From Vicinamibacteria bacterium (GTDB lineage Bacteria; Acidobacteriota; Vicinamibacteria; Marinacidobacterales; Marinacidobacteraceae), in NCBI GenBank assembly GCA_964291235.2, contig OZ219816.1:864001-928000 (forward strand): DNA of 64,000 nt, in the 5' to 3' direction. Position numbers and translations under genes: made by a program. The notes beneath the pieces are model-generated. The model saw only the letters and a program-made list of their open reading frames with translations, was not told the origin of the DNA and did no database searches. Position 1 is the first letter of the stretch, and every line of letters starts with the position of its first letter. Positions 20,391 through 31,586 of this stretch are shown one piece after another.

Positions 20391-20525
20391 GGATTCTCTC
20401 CTCCTTGGGAATTGATAAGCCCCCGGAATCCATGGGACGGGATCCCTGGACACCGGGGGCAATCCGGGAACTGGAGGAAACGGAACGGGCCGCTTCCGAG
20501 CGGGTAGGATAGCCTGAAGGTCCTG

Positions 20526-21110
20526 TTGGAGTCCGTGAAAACGCTTACGAGGGAGAATGCCGAACTACGCTGCCAGGCCGCAGCAACTCAAGAGTCTGCC
20601 GACGATCTCACTAGCGACTACGTTGAAGACGCAATATACGAGTCAAGGAGGGAACCTCGACCCTCCACAGTCCGGCGACAGAATCAAGATATACGCAATT
20701 TCCACAACTTCCTAGCAGAGCGGAACCTACAACCGTCGCCCAAGAGCGCCGCCGAATTTTTCAAGCACCCAAAGAGAGAGAAGAAACGTCCGTTCGCCTC
20801 AATTGAAGTCGCCCGCGCCGCAGTCAACAAGAAACACCCGGAAATACGAAGAACCCGGGCATAAGACAGGTCTTCGCTGCATGGCGTAAGGAAAGCCACG
20901 GCCAATACAGAAAAGCGGCGCCAGCGATCACCCTTGAACACTTCCGTAGCCTTTGGGAGGCCGTAGGTCACAGGAGCAGTTTCTCCACCCGGGAGACGGA
21001 AGGTTGGGAGTCCGATCTATCCGCTCAACTCCTTGCCAAGCAGTGGTAGGCCCAACTCGCCATGTTGCACGGGTGCGGTAACCGTTTTTCTGATGCGAAG
21101 GTAAACCACC
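20526..21110 (+). pseudogene. Decayed Cre-like tyrosine recombinase (N-terminal domain to box I)
   Basis: STVRRQNQDIRNFHNFLAERNLQPSP...ASIEVARAAVNKKH, a stop, LHGVRK, a frame change to KAAPAITLEHF, a stop, then AMLHGCGNRFSDA (box I arginine-like). GC is lower than the flanks. Confidence 0.55.
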
Positions 21111-21234
21111 GGGTCAGCGGATTGGCGGGAACCGACCGGGAGACTGGAATCCTGGGCGCCTGCGGCGCCTGCGAGCAGCGCGCCGGCAACGAGGATCCGT
21201 GGGGTCAACCTAAGGGGGTTCGAATCCCAACTCG

Positions 21235-21771
21235 CTATCGGCGTTCCGGATAGTCCGGCCAGGGACACGGTTCCTCCGGGAAGCAAGCCTGGATGTTGTA
21301 GTCGAGGAGGTGAGCCACGTTGCCGAATTCGGGCGGGGGACCCGGGTAGCGGACCGGGTAGCCACAGGCGGTGTCCAACCAGCCGTCTCTGCAGAACCAG
21401 AAGGGACTCCCCTGCAAGATCCGTTCATGCCGATTATTGCCGACGAACTTTGACGGGGCACGGATGCGGTTCTCTCCACGCTCTCCAAGCTCGTAGATGT
21501 TGACTGCCACCTTGAACCGGAGGGGCTGGTCATCGCAGCGGTTCCGCGTGGAGACGTTGTATACGAGCCAGCCGTTGTACGAAGCCACATACCAGTAGTC
21601 GACGCCGTGGAGACAGTCGTCGGGGATACTGTCGAGTGGCCTCGGGAACGGAGGCGGTGGCCCGCCACCCGTCATTGGTGGCGGTGTTCCGTCGTCCGGA
21701 GTGACTGACGAGTTGTTCCCGCAGCCCGCAAGGAAGGCAAGCGCCAGGACGGCAGTAGGAGTCAGGGTCAT
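21235..21771 (-). CDS. Cysteine-rich hypothetical lipoprotein
   Basis: Lipobox LAFLAG-C, Pro/Gly-rich tether, then an aromatic domain with 6 further cysteines. Confidence 0.7.
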   Translation of the reverse strand: MTLTPTAVLALAFLAGCGNNSSVTPDDGTPPPMTGGGPPPPFPRPLDSIPDDCLHGVDYWYVASYNGWLVYNVSTRNRCDDQPLRFKVAVNIYELGERGENRIRAPSKFVGNNRHERILQGSPFWFCRDGWLDTACGYPVRYPGPPPEFGNVAHLLDYNIQACFPEEPCPWPDYPERR

Positions 21772-22091
21772 AGCGCGAGCGCGCCCACGCCCGAGGCGAC
21801 GGAACCGCAAGCAGGAAGTCATTGTGTATGAGCCAAGCATTGGGGTGTCCGCCCCTCCTGTTGTGGGGTGGCGGGCTGCCGCCCCAATCCCAAGCGAGTG
21901 GCTAACGTCACAGTCCTTGGGTGCACAAATGATACGTCCCGCGACTATAGGCCTGAGGTCAATTGGGAAGACCCCTCCCCCTCCGCCCCCGCGGCGGGCG
22001 TTGCCGCTGGCACCGCGCTGCCGTTCGCGGCCGTCAACAACCCCCGGCATTGACCGTGCTCGGCGACAACGCCGCACAAACGAGAGACCAA

Positions 22092-22379
22092 ATGCGGATC
22101 GCAGCCATCATTCTGCTCCTTCCTTTCCTCGTGGCGGCCTCTCCGGTGGCGGCCGACATGCGGGGCCAGGTGGTGTGCGGGGTTCCGCCCGACGAAGCCG
22201 TGGCCTACGTCCGCGAGTCGCGGGGATCCTGGGCATACCTCGGCACCCTCGGCCGTATGTGGCGCAACAACTACCCGACTGCCGAGGAGGCACTGGAGGC
22301 ACACGCTCCGGCGAACGCCACCGACGTGTGCGACGTGGAGATAATGGACAACCTGCGAAGGCGCCCGGTAAGGCTCTAA
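22092..22379 (+). CDS. Small secreted hypothetical protein
   Basis: Signal peptide MRIAAIILLLPFLVAASPVAA, two cysteines, host-like codon usage. Confidence 0.6.
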   Translation: MRIAAIILLLPFLVAASPVAADMRGQVVCGVPPDEAVAYVRESRGSWAYLGTLGRMWRNNYPTAEEALEAHAPANATDVCDVEIMDNLRRRPVRL

Positions 22380-22619
22380 CGCCTCCACCGGCCCTTGGTG
22401 GTGCAACGTGCGGATTCCGTCACGGGCAATGTCCCCAGGGGCGACCACGACGCCCGGCAGAACATCGTCGGGATGCCCGCGGACGGTGCGGAGGACGCGG
22501 GCAGGACAGCAGGCGGTACGGAACCTGGTCAGCCGTCCGTATCCGTGTGCAGCCGGCGTCCGCCGATCTGCGCGGCGGTTCCGAAGGATCGACCGCGGCC
22601 GACCTAGTCCCGCCGAGCG

Positions 22620-22987
22620 GGCCGGCGGGGGAGTTCGTCTGGATCCCGCCGGGGGAGTTCCGGATGGGTTCGACGACTTACGCGAGTAATGACTACTTTG
22701 CGGAGTTGCCGGTGACGCACGTTTGGCTCACTGAGGGGTTCTGGCTGGGGAAGTATGGGCTTCACGATGGGAACGTGACCGAGTGGGCGAGCGACTATCA
22801 CGCGGGGTACCCGGGAGGGACCGTGACGGATCCTCGCGGCGAGGATCCGGGCACGGAGGGATGGGGAATCGTGCGGGGCGGGAATCGGGTAGGCCGCACT
22901 TGGAACATCAGAGCACCAGCGCGCGCGGCTGTGCCGATCCGCACTGGCGGAAACGCGATTGGCTTCCGCCTAGCGAGGACACGATGA
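22620..22987 (+). pseudogene. Internally deleted FGE-sulfatase (SUMF1/C-type-lectin fold) domain
   Basis: FVWIPPGEFRMGS...GFWLGKY joined directly to GLHDGNVTEW...VRGG...IGFRLAR; the central EVT...LPTEAEWE segment is missing. Confidence 0.75.
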
Positions 22988-23142
22988 CGCCGGTGTTTGC
23001 AACGGCCCGGCCCGTGGAGGGCCGGCGCCGGGGAGTCCCCATGTCGCGCGCACTGGACGACTCCGCTGTGACCCTGGGCGCGGAGTCCGCAACCTGGGTC
23101 GATATCGACTACCTGGGCTGCATCTTTCCGGAGGGCGGATAG
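22984..23142 (+). pseudogene. Orphan C-terminal fragment homologous to the lipoprotein at 40449-41216
   Basis: GVPMSRAL...VDIDYLGCIFPEGG* versus GIPMSRGL...EDIDALRCVLPEGG*. Confidence 0.7.
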
Positions 23143-23717
23143 ATCCCTCCCGCCTGACCGCGCGGCACCACGGAGAGAGCGAGCATCCGCCCGAGTCGCG
23201 GCGTAGCGCGTCCACCAATTCTGGATCCCTGGTCAGCGGGAGAAGATCCCTCCGGTGATGCTCGATTCAATAATGGCAGTCCTAGATCACGGAGGCGCCG
23301 GACGTCGATCAGTTCTCGCTCGGTGAGGGGGGAGGCCCGATCTACCCCGGGTGCGTCGAACGGAGAAGCACCATGAGTGCACCAACCTTCAGTGCGCGTA
23401 GGTCCAGCTGAGATCCAGACGCTAGGGACCTCCTCCCAGAGCCGACGGACAGGGTGAACTCCAGGGCCCTCGCACGGTGTGATCCGACTCCCTTGCCGGG
23501 ATCGGTACCCGCATTTCGATCACCACCGGTCCCGACGCCGCTGCCGCCCATTTCTCTCTGTCGGTTCCGCTCTTCCCGATCATCCACCCGGTGATAGGCT
23601 CGGGAAATGCGGTTTCCCGACCGCCCTGCTACATGGTTGCGCCTACGCAATTCCCACCCCAAATGCCTAGTTTGACGTAGCTTGGATAGCAACCCGTTTG
23701 CCTGGAGCGTCCGTCCC

Positions 23718-24659
23718 ATGAAGATCCGCATTCTCTCGACTCCTGCCCGCCGTTTGGCCCCCTTGGGCCTCGCGGTGGCGCTTGCCGCGTGCTCCTCCCC
23801 ACCCGCCGACGACGAGACGCCGGCGGAGGAGGAGCCCGCCGCGCCCGCGGCCCCTGCCGGGCCGTCGTGGAACCGGGTCGCGTCGCTGCTTGCCGATGGA
23901 CAGGTCGTTTTCGGCATTTTTTCGGGAGAAAGGACTCCGGAGACGGCGATGGAGATGGCCCAAATGGAACTGGCCGACTTCATCTTCTACTCCCTCGAGC
24001 AGGGTCCCTTCGATCTGGACACCATGTCGGCCTACCAGGAGGCCCTGTCACCGCCTGATGGCCGCGGGGCAGCCAATCCCCATCCCATCCTCCTCCGCAT
24101 TCCTCCGATACGGGACGGAATGGACGAGGCGGCGGAGCGGACGGCGGCCGCACTCGATGCCGGCGTCTACGGGATCGTCTTTCCGCACGTCGAGAGCGCT
24201 GAGGAATCGCGGCACGCGGTGGCCTCGATGCGCCCGGTGGGTTCAGGCGGGCTTCGCGGGGGTGCCGATCCGGAAGCGGCGCGCGTGTTTGGTGTGTCGG
24301 AGGAAGACTACGCGGCCCGGGCCGACGTGTGGCCGCTGGATCCGGCGGGCGAGTTGGTCAGCTTCTTGTTGATCGAGGACAAGATCGGAATCGAGAACGC
24401 ACTTGAAATCACGAGCGCGCCCGGAATCAGCATCGTTTCCCCCGGTCCCGGCGACCTGCGGCGGGCCTACGAGGGCGACATGGAGGCGGTCGAAAGGGCG
24501 ATCCAGACCGTGCTGGCCGCCTGCCTGGAGGCCGAGGTCCCCTGCGGCATTACCGCGGGTCCGGATGACATTGCCATGCGGATCGAGCAGGGATTCCGCG
24601 TTTTCATCGTGACCTCGCCGGAGGCGCTCGCCGTCGGCCATCAGGCCGCCGGCCGCTGA
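23718..24659 (+). CDS. HpcH/HpaI aldolase/citrate lyase family protein with a lipoprotein signal
   Basis: Lipobox ALAA-C; ALDAGVYGIVFPHVES, LLIEDKIGIEN, PGPGDL. Confidence 0.85.
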   Translation: MKIRILSTPARRLAPLGLAVALAACSSPPADDETPAEEEPAAPAAPAGPSWNRVASLLADGQVVFGIFSGERTPETAMEMAQMELADFIFYSLEQGPFDLDTMSAYQEALSPPDGRGAANPHPILLRIPPIRDGMDEAAERTAAALDAGVYGIVFPHVESAEESRHAVASMRPVGSGGLRGGADPEAARVFGVSEEDYAARADVWPLDPAGELVSFLLIEDKIGIENALEITSAPGISIVSPGPGDLRRAYEGDMEAVERAIQTVLAACLEAEVPCGITAGPDDIAMRIEQGFRVFIVTSPEALAVGHQAAGR

Positions 24660-24691
24660 TTCGCGGCAACGACGAACCGAAGGGAAAGCTC

Positions 24692-26035
24692 ATGTCCGAC
24701 AACAGCAAAACAGCGCTCCTCGAGCGGGATGCCGAGCACCTGATCCATCCGATCCACTCGGGCGCCGCGGTTGCCGGCGGCCATGTCTGGGTGCGTGGCG
24801 AGGGGGCTCGGCTCTTCGATGCCGACGGCCGCGACTACGTGGACGCTCTCTCGGGCCTCTGGAACGTCTTCATCGGGCACGGCCGCGGTGAACTCGCCGA
24901 CGCCGCAGCCCGGCAAATGAACCAACTCGGGTACGCCTCCGGGTACGCCGGGAGCACCAACCCCCAGGCCATCGCGTTGGCGGAAACCCTGGCCGAGATG
25001 GCCTATCCGAGCATCAACCGGTTCTTCCTGACCTCCGGCGGCGGCGAGTCCACCGATTCCAGCATCAAGACCGCCCGTTACTACTGGAAGGTGCGTGGCA
25101 AGCCGGACAAGACCAAGGTGATCTCCCGTATCTGGGGCTACCACGGGGTGACGCTGGCGGCGATGTGCGCCACCGGAATGAGCGTTTACTGGCCCATGTT
25201 CGAACCCCGGATGCCGGGTTTTCGTCACATCGGCTCTCCCTATCCGTACTTCTACGATCCCCCGCCGGGGAAGACCCGCGGGCAGGCCGCCGCCGACGAG
25301 CTGGAAACGGCCATCCTTGAAGAGGGCCCGGATACGGTGGCGATGTTCATCGCCGAACCGGTCCAGGGCGCGGGCGGGGTGATCGTTCCCACCGACGACT
25401 ACTTTCCCCGGATCCGCGAGATCTGCGACCGCTACGACGTGCTGCTGGTCTCCGACGAGGTCATCACCGGATTCGGCCGGACGGGGACGATGTTCGGCCT
25501 CGACCACTGGGGGATCGAGCCCGACATCATGCAGTTCGCGAAGGCGATCACCTCGGGACACATCCCTCTCGGAGGCATCGGTCTTTCGGATCGGGTCGCG
25601 GAGACCCTCGACGGAGGCGATCCGGTCTGGATGCACGCCTACACCTACAGCGCCCATCCGGTCTCCTGCGCCGTCGCGCTCGAGAACCTCCGCATCATCC
25701 GGGAAGAGGGACTCGTCGAGATGGCGGGAGAGAAGGGGACGGAGCTCATCCGCAACCTGGAGCAAGCGGTCGGCGGCCACCCCAACGTGGGTGAGGTCCG
25801 CGGCCTGGGACTGATGGCGGCCGTCGAGGTGGTGGCGGACCGGGGGACGCGCGAGCTCTTTATGGCCTCTGACAAGGTCGGGCCGCGCTTGCTCAAGGCG
25901 ATCGACGAACGCGGGGTCTTCAGCCGGCTCCGCGGGGACGTCTTCGTCTGCGCTCCGCCGGTCTGCTCGACATCCGCGGATCTCGAGCAGATCGCGGACG
26001 CCGTCGCCGGCGCTCTCGCGGAGGTGCTGGGTTAG
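24692..26035 (+). CDS. Class III PLP-dependent aminotransferase (omega-amine type)
   Basis: DALSGLW, GYHG, FIAEPVQGAGG, DEVITGFGRTG, FAKAITSG, HAYTYSAHP. Confidence 0.93.
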   Translation: MSDNSKTALLERDAEHLIHPIHSGAAVAGGHVWVRGEGARLFDADGRDYVDALSGLWNVFIGHGRGELADAAARQMNQLGYASGYAGSTNPQAIALAETLAEMAYPSINRFFLTSGGGESTDSSIKTARYYWKVRGKPDKTKVISRIWGYHGVTLAAMCATGMSVYWPMFEPRMPGFRHIGSPYPYFYDPPPGKTRGQAAADELETAILEEGPDTVAMFIAEPVQGAGGVIVPTDDYFPRIREICDRYDVLLVSDEVITGFGRTGTMFGLDHWGIEPDIMQFAKAITSGHIPLGGIGLSDRVAETLDGGDPVWMHAYTYSAHPVSCAVALENLRIIREEGLVEMAGEKGTELIRNLEQAVGGHPNVGEVRGLGLMAAVEVVADRGTRELFMASDKVGPRLLKAIDERGVFSRLRGDVFVCAPPVCSTSADLEQIADAVAGALAEVLG

Positions 26036-26209
26036 CCCGGCACGCCGGCACGGCGGGCCGTAGGCCCGTGGGCGACGAATCGGTCTCTAGCCCCGCAGCA
26101 CGCAGGCCTTCCCGGGCCTATGCGACCCCAACGACGGCTCGGGTCCCCGCCGAGAGGGGAACCACCCTGACGCTTGGGGGGCTGTCCCGCCGCCCCGCTT
26201 TGCGGGGCT

Positions 26210-26314
26210 GTGCCGGCCTGGAGGCCGGCGTTCCATTGCGGTCGCCCGCCGTCGGTGCTTGGGGGTCCGTCCCGCCGCCCGCCTACGGCGGCTGTGCCGG
26301 CCTGGAGGCCAGCG
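26210..26314. repeat. Two direct REP-like palindromes
   Basis: GTGCCGGCCTGGAGGCCGGCGTTCC at 26210 and GTGCCGGCCTGGAGGCCAGCG at 26294. Confidence 0.85.
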
Positions 26315-26400
26315 CCCTTGCGGTGGAAGTCGGCATCCAGCGACAGCGTTTCGCCGATTCTGCGACCGGGGTTTACCCGCGGCAGGCGTCGGCTCTTCCC

Positions 26401-26928
26401 TCAGTTGCCCTCTCCCCGCCTTTGTGCCGTCCGTTCCAACAGGTCGTGGAGCCGCGGCAGCGCCCGGCGGTCCTTCTCGCGATCCGCAGCGCTCTTCGAG
26501 CGGATCACGTCTGCGAGCGAGGCCACCAGAATGACGACGCCCTCCACCGCCTCCACCGCCACCGCGTCCCGCTTGAGGTCCCCGTACCCGGCAGTGCCGG
26601 CCGGTGCAAAAGCGATGTCCAGCGCCCCCGCGCGGGTGGTCAGGTTCAGGATGGACCCGGGTCCGAGGTTTTGCAGAAACTCCGGGGAGCGATCGAAGGC
26701 CAGCCCGTTCGGCGCTCCCTCGGCGCGGATCCGCGCGTCGAGGTTGTGCAGCACCGCCGCCAGCCGCCGGAGGTTCTCCCGGTCACGGGCAGGCGTGATG
26801 TCGAGGTCCACGGTGACGCCCACATCGCCGTGCAGCACCGCTGCCATCCCTCCGATCAGTACGAATCGGACGCTGGCGCCATGCAGGGCGGACAGAATGG
26901 CGGCCGGATCGAAGGCCGGCTCAGCCAT
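26401..26928 (-). CDS. Nucleotidyltransferase-fold protein (putative toxin or modifier of a TA-like pair)
   Basis: VRFVLIGGMAAVLHG...TVDLDI, and C-terminal SK.A.DREKD; overlaps the upstream HTH gene. Confidence 0.75.
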   Translation of the reverse strand: MAEPAFDPAAILSALHGASVRFVLIGGMAAVLHGDVGVTVDLDITPARDRENLRRLAAVLHNLDARIRAEGAPNGLAFDRSPEFLQNLGPGSILNLTTRAGALDIAFAPAGTAGYGDLKRDAVAVEAVEGVVILVASLADVIRSKSAADREKDRRALPRLHDLLERTAQRRGEGN

Positions 26929-27247
26929 CGTGCCGATTGCCGATCCGGGATCGTCCGCCGAGGACGAAGCGGGCGGCGCGGACGGCTCCCGCGAGGCGTT
27001 CGGCGGGGGTCTGCCGAAGCGTCGCCTCGAAGAGCGAGCGGGTTCCGGGATCCGGCTGGCCGAGCTGGCAGCGGATCTCGAAACCGGCGATGCGGACCAG
27101 CCTCTCGACCAGCTTTGTCGAAGGAACACGGGATCCGGATTCGAGGCGCGCGATCGTGGATTGCGGCACCCCGGCGCGAAGGGCGAGCGCCACCTGAGTC
27201 AACCCCGCTCGCCGGCGCGCTTCGCGCACGAGATTGCTGAGGATCAC
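26921..27247 (-). CDS. XRE-family helix-turn-helix protein (putative antitoxin/repressor)
   Basis: VREARRRAGLTQVALALRAGVPQSTIARLESG. Confidence 0.88.
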   Translation of the reverse strand: MILSNLVREARRRAGLTQVALALRAGVPQSTIARLESGSRVPSTKLVERLVRIAGFEIRCQLGQPDPGTRSLFEATLRQTPAERLAGAVRAARFVLGGRSRIGNRHDG

Positions 27248-27273
27248 GCTTCAATTATAGCCAATAGGCTATA
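27248..27273 (-). promoter_or_regulatory. -10 box with overlapping palindromic operator; probably a leaderless transcript
   Basis: Inverted repeat TATAGCC-AATA-GGCTATA (27256-27273) overlaps a minus-strand TATAAT (27259-27254) that lies 6 nt before GTG 27247. Confidence 0.75.
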
Positions 27274-27287
27274 GGACTGCGGTTCCC

Positions 27288-28436
27288 TCAGACGACCTCC
27301 ACCACGTAGCGCTCGCGGATCAGCCGCCACGCCGACGCCGCGAAGGCGGTCAGCGGAATCGCCAGCAGCGTTCCGGTAAGCCCGCCAAGGGCGCTGCCCC
27401 AGAAGAGGACGGCGACGATGATCGCCATCCAGTGGAGTCCGGTCTGATCCCCCATGATCCGGGGCGTGAGGATCCAGCCCTCGATCAACTGCACCGTGAC
27501 GAGCACGCCGGCGGTGAGGGCCGCGAGCACGAGGCCGCCGTCCGGCTGGATCCAGGCGAGCGGCACTGCGACCGCGAATCCCACCGCGGTCCCCAGATAC
27601 GGAATGATGGTGAGGACGCCCAGCCCGAGGCCGATCACGAAGCCGTAGTCGAGGCCGATCGCGGTGAACCCGATCGCCACCAGCAACCCCTGGAGGAACG
27701 CCACCACGAGTTGGGCGCGGAAGAACACGATCAGGATCTTCACGAAGTCCCTGGTGAGCCGGGCCACGCTGTCGCGGGTGCGCGGTTTCAGGAACGGGAG
27801 GATGCGAGCCGGGTCGGTGGGCGGCGGCTCCCACACCAGGAAGAACCCGAAATAGAGCGGCAGTACCGCCCACGACAGCAGCGTGCCGACGCCCCGCAGG
27901 ATTCCGGCGCTTGCCGCCACCGCCTGCTCACCGACCCGGGCGAGTCCTTGCAACAGGGACGCCTGCTGGCTCAGCACGAAGTCCCGAATCTGCTGTCCCA
28001 CCGGGTGGTTCTCGAAAAAGTCCACGAAGGCCGGCGTCTCGGCCACCACCCAGGCGTAGGCGTTTTCGAGAAAGGTGGGCGCCCGCTGGACCAGGTCTGA
28101 GAGCTGCGTCGCGAGCAGGCGGCCGAAGATGAGGGCGAAGCCGGTGAGCACCGCGGCAACCGAGACGTACACCGCGATGAGCGCCGCCCAGGCGGGAAGC
28201 CGCAGCCGGGTCCGGAAGGCCTCGAACCAGGGCTTGAACACCAGCGCCGCGAGTCCTCCCACTGCCAGGGGCAGCAGCACGTGGGAAAAGGCGGAAACGA
28301 ACCGGTAGAGCAGCCAGACCACCCCGCAGACGGCGCCCAGGAGGACCGCCGAGGAGAGGACGATCAGCGCCGCCGCCCGCGGGTCGCCGGGGCGGGTACC
28401 GTCCGGCCCTGCCGCTGGATCCGTCCGTTCGTCCAT
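27288..28436 (-). CDS. AI-2E family transporter
   Basis: Multi-TM protein; IIPYLG, QLIEGWILTPRIMG, GLH, GTLLAIPLTA. Confidence 0.9.
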   Translation of the reverse strand: MDERTDPAAGPDGTRPGDPRAAALIVLSSAVLLGAVCGVVWLLYRFVSAFSHVLLPLAVGGLAALVFKPWFEAFRTRLRLPAWAALIAVYVSVAAVLTGFALIFGRLLATQLSDLVQRAPTFLENAYAWVVAETPAFVDFFENHPVGQQIRDFVLSQQASLLQGLARVGEQAVAASAGILRGVGTLLSWAVLPLYFGFFLVWEPPPTDPARILPFLKPRTRDSVARLTRDFVKILIVFFRAQLVVAFLQGLLVAIGFTAIGLDYGFVIGLGLGVLTIIPYLGTAVGFAVAVPLAWIQPDGGLVLAALTAGVLVTVQLIEGWILTPRIMGDQTGLHWMAIIVAVLFWGSALGGLTGTLLAIPLTAFAASAWRLIRERYVVEVV

Positions 28437-28460
28437 TCGGGGCGCTTCTCCCGCGGGTCT

Positions 28461-29960
<1,500 letters not shown>

Positions 29961-29991
29961 GGGTTCCGGTCCTTTTGAAGATCGGTCGTGG

Positions 29992-30912
29992 TCAGCGCTG
30001 GTCTCGCCGGCGACCGCTGCCGAGGAAAGAAGTCATCAGGAATCCGCCGGCGAGGGCCGCGACGGCGGTAACGACCTGCATGCCGGTGGGGATGAAGAAT
30101 GCGCCGCCAACGCTCTGAAATGGCCAAAGACCCGCCGACGCTCCGAGCAGGAGCCCGAAGAGCACCCCGAGGGTTGCTTGCCGATGGGCGCCGAGGAAGT
30201 ATCGCACGAGCCTGGCGGCGGCGGCGATGCCCAGCACCATCCCGAAAAAGAACGGGACGACCCCGATTACGGCGGTGAGGAGCGGCGGTGGGTCGCCGCC
30301 GCGCATGCCGAGGGCGGCGGCCACGCGGTCCACGGCGTTCAGGAACGGCAGGTACATTCCCATCAGGAGCAGCAGGGTGCTGCCGCTGATTCCGGGCAGG
30401 ACCATGGCGAACGCCGCGATGGCGCCCGCCCCGAAGAGCGCCGGGGCCGAGGCCGCCAGCGTCGACGCTTCCGCCTCCGTCCGGGTCACGAGCAGGATCG
30501 GCACCACCACCGCCAGCGCCCCCACGACGGCGCCGGCGCCGAAGGTGCGATCGGGCGGTGACGCCATCCGCCAGAGCAGGGGAGCGCCGCCGAGCGTCAA
30601 ACCCAAAAACAGGGCGAAGAAGGCGACCGGCCAGGCGATGAAGGCGTCGCGCGCCGCGCCGGCCACCGCGAATACGGCGACCAGCGCGAATCCGACGGTG
30701 ACCAGCAGCCGGGACACCGACCCCCAGTGGAGGCGGCCCGCCGTGAGCTCGGCGACCGCGCCGATGAGTTCGGGATATACGCCGGCGGCCAGGATCATGG
30801 TGCCGCCGCTCACGCCGGGCACCAGACTGGCGAGGCCGGCAAGGATTCCCGCCGCCGCGCAGCGGGCGAGCGTCGTCGCCCGCGGCCGGGAGGGCGGCCT
30901 CTGTTCCGACAC
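29992..30912 (-). CDS. DUF368-family membrane protein
   Basis: [11 protein letters not shown] and [16 protein letters not shown] motifs; start uncertain. Confidence 0.85.
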   Translation of the reverse strand: MSEQRPPSRPRATTLARCAAAGILAGLASLVPGVSGGTMILAAGVYPELIGAVAELTAGRLHWGSVSRLLVTVGFALVAVFAVAGAARDAFIAWPVAFFALFLGLTLGGAPLLWRMASPPDRTFGAGAVVGALAVVVPILLVTRTEAEASTLAASAPALFGAGAIAAFAMVLPGISGSTLLLLMGMYLPFLNAVDRVAAALGMRGGDPPPLLTAVIGVVPFFFGMVLGIAAAARLVRYFLGAHRQATLGVLFGLLLGASAGLWPFQSVGGAFFIPTGMQVVTAVAALAGGFLMTSFLGSGRRRDQR

Positions 30913-30959
30913 GCGGTCAGTGTAGGGCGGGCCCGGGGCCGCCGCGCCACAATAGCCTC

Positions 30960-31586
30960 GTGTTCGCCGCCCGCGACCTGAAGATCCCCGGACTTCCGGC
31001 GCTCTCCTTCGCCGTGCCTCCCGGCGCGGTGCTCGCGGTCTCGGGCCCCTCGGGTTCGGGGAAGACCCGGCTGCTCCGGACCCTGGCGGACCTCGATCCG
31101 CAGACAGGCCACGTCTCCTGGTCGGGGCGATCATGCCGCGAGCTGCCGGCGCCCGAGTGGCGCCGGAAAGTGGGACTGCTGCCCGCCGAGCCGCGCTTCT
31201 GGCATCCCACCGTCGGTGCGCACTTCCCGGCGGAGGCGAACTCGCTCGGGGAGGAGTTCGCGTCGCTCGGCCTGGACCCGGAGGCGCGAAACGCCGATCC
31301 CACGCTGCTCTCCACCGGCGAGCGCTCCCGGATCGCGCTCCTGAGACTCCTGCTGCGGTCTCCGGAAGTGCTCCTCCTCGATGAACCTGCGACCAACCTC
31401 GACCAGGACAACCGGGCGCTCGTCATCGGAAGAATCGACCGGTACCGGAGAGACCACGGGGCTCCCGTCCTGTGGGCCTCGCACTTTGCGGAGGTAGTCG
31501 CCGCGGCCGATCAGGCCCTGGGACTCCCGGAAGGGGATGTGGCGCCTCCCCCCGCTCACGGCGCCGGCACGGAGCACCGTCCGTGA
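30960..31586 (+). CDS. ABC transporter ATP-binding protein (FetA/YbbL-like)
   Basis: GPSGSGKT, LSTGE, LLLDEP. Confidence 0.88.
   Translation: MFAARDLKIPGLPALSFAVPPGAVLAVSGPSGSGKTRLLRTLADLDPQTGHVSWSGRSCRELPAPEWRRKVGLLPAEPRFWHPTVGAHFPAEANSLGEEFASLGLDPEARNADPTLLSTGERSRIALLRLLLRSPEVLLLDEPATNLDQDNRALVIGRIDRYRRDHGAPVLWASHFAEVVAAADQALGLPEGDVAPPPAHGAGTEHRP

Noticed and set aside
21195-21240. GGGGGTTCGAATCCC as a tRNA or att-site remnant
   Set aside because: Only a T-arm-like hairpin is present; I could not build an acceptor stem, D-arm or anticodon arm. tRNAscan-SE or ARAGORN would settle it.
22620-22987. FGE/C-lectin domain as a diversity-generating retroelement target
   Set aside because: No reverse transcriptase, no template-repeat/variable-repeat pair and no adenine-specific mismatches in the window.
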